Virus record (IMG/VR): IMGVR_UViG_3300048599_000097
Location: 1 to 64,000 of that record
Reading direction: 5' to 3' (one strand)
Length of the DNA: 64,000 nucleotides
Source: a virus
Numbering within the stretch: position 1 is the first letter of the stretch; each line of letters starts with the position of its first letter. The notes below the pieces were generated by a model. It was not told where the DNA came from. It did no database searches and worked only from the letters and a program-made list of their open reading frames with translations. The translations under genes were made by a program, and so were the position numbers. Below, one piece after another: positions 35,607 through 43,862 of this stretch.

Positions 35607-36692
35607 TTAAAATGGTACATCTGTATTCAATCTATCACAGGGTTTTCCCGTTATATAACAAATACAGCTCAGTCTTATTTCTGTCTCCAGTGCAGATAGC
35701 TCACTCGCTATTTGTTCTTGTTGTTCACGTAGTTCCTTGTATTCTGCAAGATTATTTTTTAATAAATTAGCTACCTCTGTTGTGGAAGCTATCAAATCAC
35801 CAAGTCTATTGATTTTATGTATTTTTCTTTCCGCAGTTTCTATGACATCGGAAATCCCTACATACTTTTGATATTCTCGAAAATGTAACAAACTGTCATA
35901 AATCGACACTATTGTGCTTTTTTTATCATCAATATCAAAAGACTCTATCTTCTTGATAAGCGCAGTGGCCTTCTCTGGGATGCCTCGATAACTATCCATT
36001 TTTCGAGACAATTCCTCATAGTCAGTAATAGACTGCTTGATACTACCTATAGTGGCTTCTTTACTGTCTATGATAGTATCTTTTGATTCTATCTGACCTA
36101 TGAGCTGTTCTGCCTTATCCAGCCATGCAAGAGACTCTACGCTCTCAGACAGTCGTTTAATCGACCCTTCTGTGGTCGTGATGTCTTTGTTGCACTTCTG
36201 CCGTTTGCTTTCTACCTCGGACTGGAACCTATCTGCCTCATCGAGGTTTACAATACGGTTAAGGTAACGAGCTACCTCACCAGAGGATTCAGAAAGGAGG
36301 AACGGCGCATCGAGTTGATTCTCGTAATTGATGTCATTCACGTTAAGCAAGGTAGCAACTTCATCAGGGAGGGATGTTCCCACAGCTTCAAGGGTTTTCT
36401 CATTATTGATAATATAACCATTAAGGCTTGGCCCCTTCTGTCTTTCAATAACAAGGTCGTCAAAGGTGAGGATAACACGGCAGGGATCTTTCTGGGTGCC
36501 TTTGTTGTCGAATGCGCTCCAAGACACCATAGCACTACCATTAGGCTTGTTTGTCATGCACCACATAATAGCACGACGGATAGAGGACTTACCCTGCCCA
36601 GAAGCCCCAGAGAAGATATTGATGCCTTCTGTGAGGTCTATCACGGTATGCTGGTGAGACTCAAATGAAAATAATTCAATTTGTTTCAGCAT
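35607..36692 (-). CDS. Rad50/SbcC-like ATPase, N-terminal half
   Basis: Walker A FSGASGQGKSS, then a long coiled coil ending in the Cys cluster CICYITGKPC. 361 aa with no Walker B. Confidence 0.8.
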   Translation of the reverse strand: MLKQIELFSFESHQHTVIDLTEGINIFSGASGQGKSSIRRAIMWCMTNKPNGSAMVSWSAFDNKGTQKDPCRVILTFDDLVIERQKGPSLNGYIINNEKTLEAVGTSLPDEVATLLNVNDINYENQLDAPFLLSESSGEVARYLNRIVNLDEADRFQSEVESKRQKCNKDITTTEGSIKRLSESVESLAWLDKAEQLIGQIESKDTIIDSKEATIGSIKQSITDYEELSRKMDSYRGIPEKATALIKKIESFDIDDKKSTIVSIYDSLLHFREYQKYVGISDVIETAERKIHKINRLGDLIASTTEVANLLKNNLAEYKELREQQEQIASELSALETEIRLSCICYITGKPCDRLNTDVPF

Positions 36693-36871
36693 TATTCAGG
36701 ATTCTCCATACGTCTCCAGTTAGTAACAACCGCCTTTGAAAGGTTAAAACTCTTTTGCAGATACTTCTCAATATCCTGAATATCAGAGTATTCACATATT
36801 GGAGTACCCCAATCCACCACGCAATTTCCTGTACTATCTTCAGACGCTACAAAACTAATAAAATACTTCAT
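36692..36871 (-). CDS. hypothetical protein
   Basis: ATG 36871 after a GGAGGG SD. 59 aa. Confidence 0.45.
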   Translation of the reverse strand: MKYFISFVASEDSTGNCVVDWGTPICEYSDIQDIEKYLQKSFNLSKAVVTNWRRMENPE

Positions 36872-37044
36872 CCTATTTTCCCTCCGTAGCAAAAATCGTG
36901 TTCATTCAAAAGATACAGTATAGCTAACTTCTCTTCATGGGAGCATTCCCCATACGGACGAGGTGAGAAGAAGTTAAACTGATGACTAAGTGACCATCCC
37001 TTGCTTACAAGGAAATCCATTGCTTCTTGGTCTGTGTTAAACAT
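36868..37044 (-). CDS. hypothetical protein
   Basis: ATG 37044 after a GGGAG SD. 58 aa. Confidence 0.45.
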   Translation of the reverse strand: MFNTDQEAMDFLVSKGWSLSHQFNFFSPRPYGECSHEEKLAILYLLNEHDFCYGGKIG

Positions 37045-37048
37045 TAGT

Positions 37049-37303
37049 CTACTCCCTATATATTTGTGGCTCGTACTGATTACCTTGGCAGTCCATTGGC
37101 AAATCACAATGCTCATTTTTTGCACATGACAAGCAATTTGCTTTTGGCTCCAATCCTAAAGGATAATATTGTTTTTTAGTTATAGCACAACCTTCTGCAT
37201 AAGCAATAGCCCCGTCCCATATCTTCTTAGAAAATCCCTTTACGTTGTCAATATGAAGTGCCGTTTCTGAATAGCATTTTTCAAATGCCTCATTGGGATT
37301 CAA
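37049..37303 (-). CDS. hypothetical Cys-rich protein
   Basis: 84 aa with several Cys residues. Confidence 0.5.
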   Translation of the reverse strand: MNPNEAFEKCYSETALHIDNVKGFSKKIWDGAIAYAEGCAITKKQYYPLGLEPKANCLSCAKNEHCDLPMDCQGNQYEPQIYRE

Positions 37304-37307
37304 TACC

Positions 37308-38291
37308 CTACTCCTTTTTCAAATACATAGCCAAACTCATAGAGATCGGCCCCAATATATCCAATATAATGGCTGCAAAGCAACTCACTATAAACTGCAG
37401 CAGAAATGCCTTAATCCCACACATATCCTCAATACGCTCATAGAAACTCTTGACTACAATCTTCTTACCTTCCTGCTTGCTTAGAAGCGGTATTGTCAGA
37501 GCAGATACCCTTTTTAGCTCTTTAGTCTGTGCCTCTATGTATTTCTCGGTGGAGGCAATATTAGTGGCAAGTCTATTATAGTTCTTCAAATCTGCCTGTA
37601 TAGCTTCCTGTGTACTATAAACAGCAATCTCTTTATTGTACCTATCCAAGGTTATCTGCTTAGCATTTATAAGATCCTGAATAGCCTTAGCTTGTTTTTC
37701 ATACTCATTATACATCTTCTCATTGGTTGTGTCAATATTAGAAACGGTTTCTGACTCAATAAAGTTATCTTTTTGAATAGAATACATACCTTCTACAGTG
37801 CAGAACATGGAGAATAATGTCACCACTAGCCATATAGGAGCAAGGGTGCAAGCAAATGGCTTCCTGCTATGCCCCCAGAGATAGATAACAGCAGGGATAG
37901 CCCCTATCATAAAGAGGGCTATCACACCAGAAAGAATATAGCAGAATGGTACTGGAAATACTGTTGCTGTAAAAACGGCTGTATTCCTGATACCTACTAT
38001 AGTCGTACCTACACCAACTATGCCAAACATTATGTGTAGTAAATCTTCTACTGAGAAAAGGGATTTAGGTGCTACCTTTTTAGTAGCGCATTTCTTAGGT
38101 TTCTCTATGGGTTTAGCTATACTATAAATGGCACCATGTCTATAGATCAAATTGTCTACCTGAAGCTCTTTCAAGAGGAGGTTTAGTGTTTTTTCACTTT
38201 TTACCCATAGAGTATCTTTAATCTGCTGTTTAGTGAGATCTCCTGCAGATAGTAGCTCTAGGATCCTACGTTTTAGTTCTTGGTCGTCCAA
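37308..38291 (-). CDS. membrane protein with an N-terminal winged-helix-like domain and a C-terminal coiled coil
   Basis: TTG start after a TAGGAG SD. The N-terminus ILELLSAGDLTKQQIKD...LLKELQVDNLIY is wHTH-like. Four or more TM helices and a coiled coil. Confidence 0.55.
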   Translation of the reverse strand: MDDQELKRRILELLSAGDLTKQQIKDTLWVKSEKTLNLLLKELQVDNLIYRHGAIYSIAKPIEKPKKCATKKVAPKSLFSVEDLLHIMFGIVGVGTTIVGIRNTAVFTATVFPVPFCYILSGVIALFMIGAIPAVIYLWGHSRKPFACTLAPIWLVVTLFSMFCTVEGMYSIQKDNFIESETVSNIDTTNEKMYNEYEKQAKAIQDLINAKQITLDRYNKEIAVYSTQEAIQADLKNYNRLATNIASTEKYIEAQTKELKRVSALTIPLLSKQEGKKIVVKSFYERIEDMCGIKAFLLQFIVSCFAAIILDILGPISMSLAMYLKKE

Positions 38292-38310
38292 TCTTTACTC
38301 CTAAATAGAA

Positions 38311-38380
38311 ATATACCCGAACGGGACAATACTAACATAAAATAGCACTTTTGTCAAGTATTTATCCCGAACGGGTATAT
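38311..38380. repeat. two copies of a TATACCCG-NN-CGGG element flanking the promoter
   Basis: The + strand reads ATATACCCGAACGGGACAAT (38311-38330) and TATCCCGAACGGGTATAT (38363-38380). Their outer arms are mutually complementary. Confidence 0.55.
38329..38357 (-). promoter_or_regulatory. sigma70-type promoter
   Basis: The minus strand reads TTGACA (38357..38352), 17-nt spacer, TAGTAT (38334..38329). The -35 contains the stop codon of the upstream HNH gene. Confidence 0.6.
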
Positions 38381-39391
38381 TGCGTTACCAACCTTTGAAA
38401 GTGGAGTTGAGCGCACCATCTGTATGTAATCGGCATACTGAGGATCATACTCAAGTAGTACAGCTCTGGCATACTCTACCTTATCTTCTATATTCTGACC
38501 ACTTCCATGATATGCAGAGCGTAGTTCTAAATTTTCTATTCTATTATCATTTTTAATTCCATTTTTATGGTGTACTGATTCGTGTTGGGTATCAATTGGT
38601 CTGCCTAGGTGTTTTGCCATTACCATTATATGCTCTTGGACACGTGTTCCTTTTGCTCCTTTTGAGGCCTCCTTTAATCCTCCCACCACATAGTTAAAAG
38701 ACTCTTCAATTGGTATGTACACCTTAATATATCCACTTATATCCTGTGCTTTATTATAAAAAGAGTCTTTTATACATCCACATGATCGTGTGGGCTTGCC
38801 CCTACGCAACAGATTACCATTTCTTACTGTAACTATGTTGCCGCATGTGCATTGACAAGTCGATTCCCCATGACCATCCACTGACTTGGTAGACAATACT
38901 GTTAATCTGCCAAATGTATGCCCAGTCAAATCAGCTACAGCAGACTTTCGTTCATGTGCTTGTTCACGTCGTTTAAAAGCAGTATGTATATTATATGGAG
39001 TAGAGTATCTAGGAGAGTCCCATTCAGGAAATTGAACAAGGCACTTAGTACGCCCACTAAGCGCAAACACTTCATCAGGTTTTAAAGTTGTATCTTTCCA
39101 TATCTCTATTACTTTTGGGCATTTGGCCAGCAAAGAATCCTCATAATCAGGAATGGATCTGACCCTAGCTATACCTTTTCTGACGCATTTGTTACACTGA
39201 CATTTGGTCTTATTTTTTATATTTCTATATATACGTGTATACATGGCTTTAAGAGACATGCTATATGTGCCCCCGCAAGTATTGCATATAGCATGTACCA
39301 GATCACCCTCTCTATCATAATCTAATTGAATGCCTGATTTGATTAGAAATTCTATTCGTTGCTCTATCGATAGTCTGTTGCTTCCGCCCAT
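38354..39391 (-). CDS. free-standing HNH endonuclease
   Basis: HHKNGIKNDNRIENLELRS (HNH). N-terminal Cys clusters. 345 aa, with its own promoter. Confidence 0.8.
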   Translation of the reverse strand: MGGSNRLSIEQRIEFLIKSGIQLDYDREGDLVHAICNTCGGTYSMSLKAMYTRIYRNIKNKTKCQCNKCVRKGIARVRSIPDYEDSLLAKCPKVIEIWKDTTLKPDEVFALSGRTKCLVQFPEWDSPRYSTPYNIHTAFKRREQAHERKSAVADLTGHTFGRLTVLSTKSVDGHGESTCQCTCGNIVTVRNGNLLRRGKPTRSCGCIKDSFYNKAQDISGYIKVYIPIEESFNYVVGGLKEASKGAKGTRVQEHIMVMAKHLGRPIDTQHESVHHKNGIKNDNRIENLELRSAYHGSGQNIEDKVEYARAVLLEYDPQYADYIQMVRSTPLSKVGNAIYPFGINT

Positions 39392-39399
39392 AGGGTCTC

Positions 39400-39440
39400 C
39401 TTATGTTATAGATGCTATATTATGCCATCTATAACATAAG
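39400..39440. repeat. perfect 15-bp inverted repeat spanning the promoter spacer to the SD of the HNH gene
   Basis: CTTATGTTATAGATG (39400-39414) and CATCTATAACATAAG (39426-39440) separated by 11 nt. Confidence 0.8.
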
Positions 39441-39456
39441 TCAATAGCCCTCATTC
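39417..39456 (-). promoter_or_regulatory. promoter family member (AATGAGGGCTA-TTGACT)
   Basis: The minus strand reads ATGAGGG (39454..39448), TTGACT (39444..39439), 16-nt spacer, TAATAT (39422..39417). Confidence 0.55.
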
Positions 39457-39458
39457 AG

Positions 39459-39842
39459 TTACCATGAGTGAAATGTGTCTGTCCCGTCATAAAAGAAAAC
39501 TCTTTTCGCTATAGTGGCTAATTCCGCAAATACACCTCCCCATTTCTCTAACCTAAGTAGCAAATGAAATAAATCATGACATTGCCAGCAGCAGGCCATT
39601 ATCTGTTCAGGTTTTTCATTTGGTGTGTCAAGGTATGAAATATGATGAGAGCAGAACCTAATACACTTCCACTTCTTTTTTCTAGGCATCCACAGCCAGC
39701 GTTTCCTACCACAAATAGGGCACACCAAGTCTTTTGGCTCCAACAGCTTCTTAGACTTAGCTCGCCACCAGTCAGAAGCCTCGTACTCCTTTACAGAGGC
39801 ACAATGCTCTGGTGGGAGTATTTCTTTCTTGACTCTAGGCAT
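39459..39842 (-). CDS. small HNH/zinc-finger nuclease-like protein
   Basis: CPICG...CSHHISY...N...CCWQCHDLFH fits the HNH beta-beta-alpha-metal pattern. Confidence 0.5.
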   Translation of the reverse strand: MPRVKKEILPPEHCASVKEYEASDWWRAKSKKLLEPKDLVCPICGRKRWLWMPRKKKWKCIRFCSHHISYLDTPNEKPEQIMACCWQCHDLFHLLLRLEKWGGVFAELATIAKRVFFYDGTDTFHSW

Positions 39843-40035
39843 CTAAGGCTTCGAGATACTTGTTGATGAATTCAGTAGCATAGTCTCTGGTCTCCATAGA
39901 GATACGTCCAAGCTGATACTCTGCCTCGATGAATACCTTATCACGTTCCATCATATCAGAAACGTATCTGCCAACATTCATCCCCTCTTCATCGTCATCT
40001 TCGTACTCTTCGGTACAAACCTCACATCCGATCAT
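39835..40035 (-). CDS. hypothetical acidic protein
   Basis: 66 aa, tightly packed. Confidence 0.45.
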   Translation of the reverse strand: MIGCEVCTEEYEDDDEEGMNVGRYVSDMMERDKVFIEAEYQLGRISMETRDYATEFINKYLEALDA

Positions 40036-41142
40036 TTAGTCCTCCTCATTAGTAAACTTGGCTGGGCGTTTAATAGCAATGGAATCCTCAATACCATTCC
40101 ACTTATCAATTACTTTCTGATGCAGAACTTTCACCAGCTTATTTTCATGGATATACTGAATCAGGGTCTCCTTGTCCATAGGTGCAAGACCTTCCCATTC
40201 AATAGAATTAGCACTCTTTTTCAGTTCCCCCTTATCTGCTGTACGAAGATCATACAGAAAATCAATCTCATCAGAAACAGAATCCATACCATAAGTAAAA
40301 TGAATAGTCACAAAACATTTGCGGAAGGGTCTAGGATGACGCACCTTCTCTGCTGTAGTTTCAATAACCACACTAACTGCTCTTCCCTTCTGTTCTTCCT
40401 TCTGTTTTACCTTACTTACAATACGAACAGTCTCATAGAACTGCAAGGCTCGCCCACCACTTGTACGGTTCTTAGCTCCATAGAGTCCTGCACCGACATT
40501 ATCACGTTCTTGGCTAATAATGTATAAGAGCGCATTCTTCTCCTCAAGTTTGGCAGTCAGCCCCCTAAAGAACTCCTGACTCAGGAATTTCTGCATCGAC
40601 ATGGAATAAGTTCCAGAATCAAATTCCTTATCTTTGTCATAAGCGGTTCTACGTTTATCCTTTCGCTCCTCAGTATCTACTGAAGAAATGGAATCCAGAG
40701 AATCCAAAACATATATACCACACTCATCTGGCTTCAAGGAATCTAGCCATTTATTCAAATCGTAGTCCCAATCCTCAACAGTGACGACCTCTCTCCCAAA
40801 ATCTTCCTGATTCTTAAAAAGATCAAATCCATAAAGAGACAAGGTATCTATAGTGTTTCCATGTTCAGGATCACAGTAACGCCATCTAAATTTATCCTTA
40901 TATTTATGATAATTTGCTGCAATAAGCTCTGTTGCCTTAAATGATTTAGATGAGCCAGAATCACCATGATCCCTGCAGATAGTCCCTGCTGGATATCCGT
41001 TACCATACCCTGCTTTCTCACCAGCCCCTGTTACCAAGCTAAGAAGAAGATGCCCTGTATCAAAATAAATAGGTTTCTTCTCTGATGTTCCTTTCTTTTC
41101 CATTTGTGCTCCTTTTAATTGTTTAAGTTCCTTGTCTGTCAT
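40036..41142 (-). CDS. RecA-family recombinase (UvsX-like)
   Basis: Walker A HGDSGSSKSFKA (compare UvsX GPSKSFKS), Walker B IYVLDSLDS, and ISQERDNVGAGLYGAKNRTSGGRALQFY matching the RecA core pattern. Confidence 0.75.
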   Translation of the reverse strand: MTDKELKQLKGAQMEKKGTSEKKPIYFDTGHLLLSLVTGAGEKAGYGNGYPAGTICRDHGDSGSSKSFKATELIAANYHKYKDKFRWRYCDPEHGNTIDTLSLYGFDLFKNQEDFGREVVTVEDWDYDLNKWLDSLKPDECGIYVLDSLDSISSVDTEERKDKRRTAYDKDKEFDSGTYSMSMQKFLSQEFFRGLTAKLEEKNALLYIISQERDNVGAGLYGAKNRTSGGRALQFYETVRIVSKVKQKEEQKGRAVSVVIETTAEKVRHPRPFRKCFVTIHFTYGMDSVSDEIDFLYDLRTADKGELKKSANSIEWEGLAPMDKETLIQYIHENKLVKVLHQKVIDKWNGIEDSIAIKRPAKFTNEED

Positions 41143-42079
41143 TTTTCACCTTCCTGTGTATTATCTTCACTGGAGTAACCAATGCACGTTCGATTTCCCA
41201 ACCCATCCGTAACCTCCCATGTACAACGGACTGCGATATATGATAAATCTCACACCATTCAGATAGTGATTTAGCTTCATCGCCCATAGTCACCCAGCTG
41301 GTTCTACTTGTGTTCCTAGACTGTTGCAAAACGGTAGCCCATCGACAATTATCGGGACTGTAGCCTTTATCAATATCTAATCGATCTATTGTTAGATCCT
41401 CTGTGTATCCATTTGCATATGCCCACGTACTAAAGGCGTCGTAATTATGCAACCATTCATCACATATCCTAATTCCCCTAGCCCCATATCTGCGATAATT
41501 TGAGCAACCCTCCCTGTAACATCGGTCATACATCCCATAAAATATATTATATAACCTACTATGAGCCTCCCCATGAGTACGATGACTGTCTCCAATATAT
41601 TCAAGTTTCTTACACCCACATGAACGATAATGTCCACCCTTAAAATTATTATATGCTACCCATTTTTCTGTGCCGCACACACTACATCTAACCAAAACCT
41701 CTATAACTGCCCACCCAGCATTTCTGTTTCGTCTGGAATCCAAAATAATCATATTCTCATAAGTCTCACCAATTAACTTTTTAATGTCTGTTCGTTCAGT
41801 GCCCTTATATTGGTCGCAGCCACAACTTGTATCTCTCTTTGCGTGGTCAGTCGGTTTCCATACTATATTCCCACAGTGGCATTGGACTTTTATATAAATT
41901 CTCTCTCTGTTACCAGACTGACGACGTTCTGCATCTAATACATACCAGTTTCCATAAGTTGTTCCTATTAGAGTCTTTTCATCTAGCTTACCCACAACTA
42001 CTCCTATTTCTACCAAATAAGCCCGTAGGCTGTTATATCTACGGGCTATCCTCCTTACTCTCGTGAAGCCTTGCGACAA
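41123..42079 (-). CDS. HNH-type homing endonuclease-like protein with a C-terminal HTH
   Basis: TIDRLDIDKGYSPDNCRWATVLQQSRN (an HNH variant). Repeated Cys-containing N-terminal modules. C-terminal SLSEWCEIYHISQSVVHGRL is HTH-like. Confidence 0.6.
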   Translation of the reverse strand: MSQGFTRVRRIARRYNSLRAYLVEIGVVVGKLDEKTLIGTTYGNWYVLDAERRQSGNRERIYIKVQCHCGNIVWKPTDHAKRDTSCGCDQYKGTERTDIKKLIGETYENMIILDSRRNRNAGWAVIEVLVRCSVCGTEKWVAYNNFKGGHYRSCGCKKLEYIGDSHRTHGEAHSRLYNIFYGMYDRCYREGCSNYRRYGARGIRICDEWLHNYDAFSTWAYANGYTEDLTIDRLDIDKGYSPDNCRWATVLQQSRNTSRTSWVTMGDEAKSLSEWCEIYHISQSVVHGRLRMGWEIERALVTPVKIIHRKVKNDRQGT

Positions 42080-42996
42080 GCCTTGTAAGTGGTAGGATCA
42101 TCATCGAAGCAAGCGTCACATTCCTTGCACTCACCCCAGTCCTTGCCGAACTTGTGCCCATTCGGGCAACCATCGGCCTTGACCTCTTTCTTGGGAGGCA
42201 CTTCCTCTTCCTCTACAGGAGGGACTTTCTTGACAGGTTTCTCTTCCGGTTTTTCGTCCTCGATATCCTCGTCAATACCGCCCATGAAAGCAGATTCCAG
42301 TTCCTCATAGGAAAGGAGCTTGATACACTTATCAAGAGGAATAACCTCGTCAAGAAGCTCCTCAATTCCATCACGACGTTTGGCAAAGGAGATATTAGTA
42401 GCCTGAACGAAGTCATGCCCAGCAAACTTCTCAGCAGAGCCAGAAACCTTGATAGAGCGTCCACCTTCTTTAGGATCTGCGAAGAAGGTGTAACCTTCCT
42501 GATCGGGGTCTTTACGAGCATCTTCATCAGCCACTTCAAGAGGCTTCTGGAAGTACTTTACGTTGGTCTCAAAGAGCTGAACACCTTTTTCACGATCCAT
42601 GGCGTCTACAATGTTGTAGTACACACGGCGTTTCGGGAAGAGAGCATCAGCAGTATCCTTATCCCCGTTCTCTTTAGCCTTCTGCTGGGCTTCACAGATG
42701 GGGCAGGGCTTTCCATAGTTCTTATTGGGGCAGACATACTTAGCCTTACTCGGGCCTACATCGGTATGTACCCACAACGTCAGATTGTAGTCAGGATCTC
42801 CCTTGGAAAGCGCCTTAGATGCCACAAGCGGGTGGAAGTTTGACGAAATCTCATAGGGGAGAATATCAAACTTGTTAGGCCCAGCCTTGAGCTTGAAAAA
42901 CTCGGGTTTCTTTGCAAGACCACTCAGGTCGAGCGCATTGGTAAACCCGCCACTAGAACTCTTAATCTCTCTGCGATTGCTAAAATCATATGCCAT
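42055..42996 (-). CDS. gp32-like single-stranded DNA-binding protein
   Basis: Zinc site CPNKNYGKPCPICE, an OB-like core, an acidic tail, and an extra C-terminal Cys-rich ribbon. Confidence 0.7.
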   Translation of the reverse strand: MAYDFSNRREIKSSSGGFTNALDLSGLAKKPEFFKLKAGPNKFDILPYEISSNFHPLVASKALSKGDPDYNLTLWVHTDVGPSKAKYVCPNKNYGKPCPICEAQQKAKENGDKDTADALFPKRRVYYNIVDAMDREKGVQLFETNVKYFQKPLEVADEDARKDPDQEGYTFFADPKEGGRSIKVSGSAEKFAGHDFVQATNISFAKRRDGIEELLDEVIPLDKCIKLLSYEELESAFMGGIDEDIEDEKPEEKPVKKVPPVEEEEVPPKKEVKADGCPNGHKFGKDWGECKECDACFDDDPTTYKACRKASRE

Positions 42997-43008
42997 ATTC
43001 TTGTCTCC

Positions 43009-43458
43009 TTATCGTTTCATCGTATCTTTGAGTCGTGTCTGTCCTGATGTATCTGTTTCGCTTTCGTTATAGTAACGTGCCAAAGACAATTTCACCAAGT
43101 TGTCCAAACAACCCTTCCGCTGTTCAACCGTGTTCACCTGTGCATAAAGCACGTTCACTGCTGCCTGTTTCTTATCTACGACATCCTGTGCCTCCTGAAT
43201 CTCTTTGTCATTACCTACCATAACCTTCATGCCGTCTGCGGTGGTCTTAATACCATCTACGGGGTTATTGTAATAATAGGCACTCCTACGAGCGATAGTA
43301 GCTTCAAGATTAGTCTTGGCTACATCCAATTCGTTCTTTGCATCAGCCAGTTGCATAGCGTAAAACCCATACATACATGGCTGAGTCACTGACTCGTCTT
43401 CAAGATGATTCTTGTCAATCTCTGAATCTGCCTTGAAGTCTACTCCAAAATCCTTCAT
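43009..43458 (-). CDS. UvsY-like recombination mediator candidate
   Basis: 149 aa. IDKNHLEDESVTQPCMYGFYAMQLADAKNEL...ARRSAYYYNN aligns by eye with T4 UvsY IDSTKLQYEAANNVMLYSKW...ARLDYYSG (from memory). Confidence 0.4.
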   Translation of the reverse strand: MKDFGVDFKADSEIDKNHLEDESVTQPCMYGFYAMQLADAKNELDVAKTNLEATIARRSAYYYNNPVDGIKTTADGMKVMVGNDKEIQEAQDVVDKKQAAVNVLYAQVNTVEQRKGCLDNLVKLSLARYYNESETDTSGQTRLKDTMKR

Positions 43459-43722
43459 CTATTTCTCCTTTACCTTCTTCAGGTAGCATTCCCTAATATA
43501 CAGCCCATTTCCAAAAGGAGCAAGCCCGTCGCAGTCCCACGTATTTCGTACCGTATCAGGGAAGGCTACTGCCACATCCATATTGCCGCGAACAAAAGAT
43601 ACACCGGGATTAGCTTCACCCTTTTTAGGGTATCCAAGAACGTCTCCCTTCATACCATATACAAGACCATACTCGGTTTCTCCTGTGTACTCTACAAGAT
43701 CACCTTTCTTAAACTTTCTCAT
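43459..43722 (-). CDS. hypothetical protein
   Basis: 87 aa with an ATGA overlap. Confidence 0.5.
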   Translation of the reverse strand: MRKFKKGDLVEYTGETEYGLVYGMKGDVLGYPKKGEANPGVSFVRGNMDVAVAFPDTVRNTWDCDGLAPFGNGLYIRECYLKKVKEK

Positions 43723-43862
43723 TTATTAACCTCCTTTACAGGAATCTCCTTGACTTCGATAAAGATGACATCATTCTCTGAATCCTTCGAGATAGAGATT
43801 ACCTCGTACTTGTCTTCATCGTAGCCTTCAATACGCTTGGTCAGATCCCCAATAACACTCAT
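43719..43862 (-). CDS. hypothetical small protein (47 aa)
   Basis: ATGA overlaps at both ends. Below the track cutoff. Confidence 0.4.
   Translation of the reverse strand: MSVIGDLTKRIEGYDEDKYEVISISKDSENDVIFIEVKEIPVKEVNK

Noticed and set aside
42154-42843. 229-aa ORF on the + strand, and similar long antisense ORFs at 19819..20487, 16125..16787, 44842..45459 and 40120..40527
   Set aside because: All lie antisense to well-supported genes (gp32-like, tape measure, tail completion, dUTPase, recombinase). They have no SD or motifs and have odd composition.
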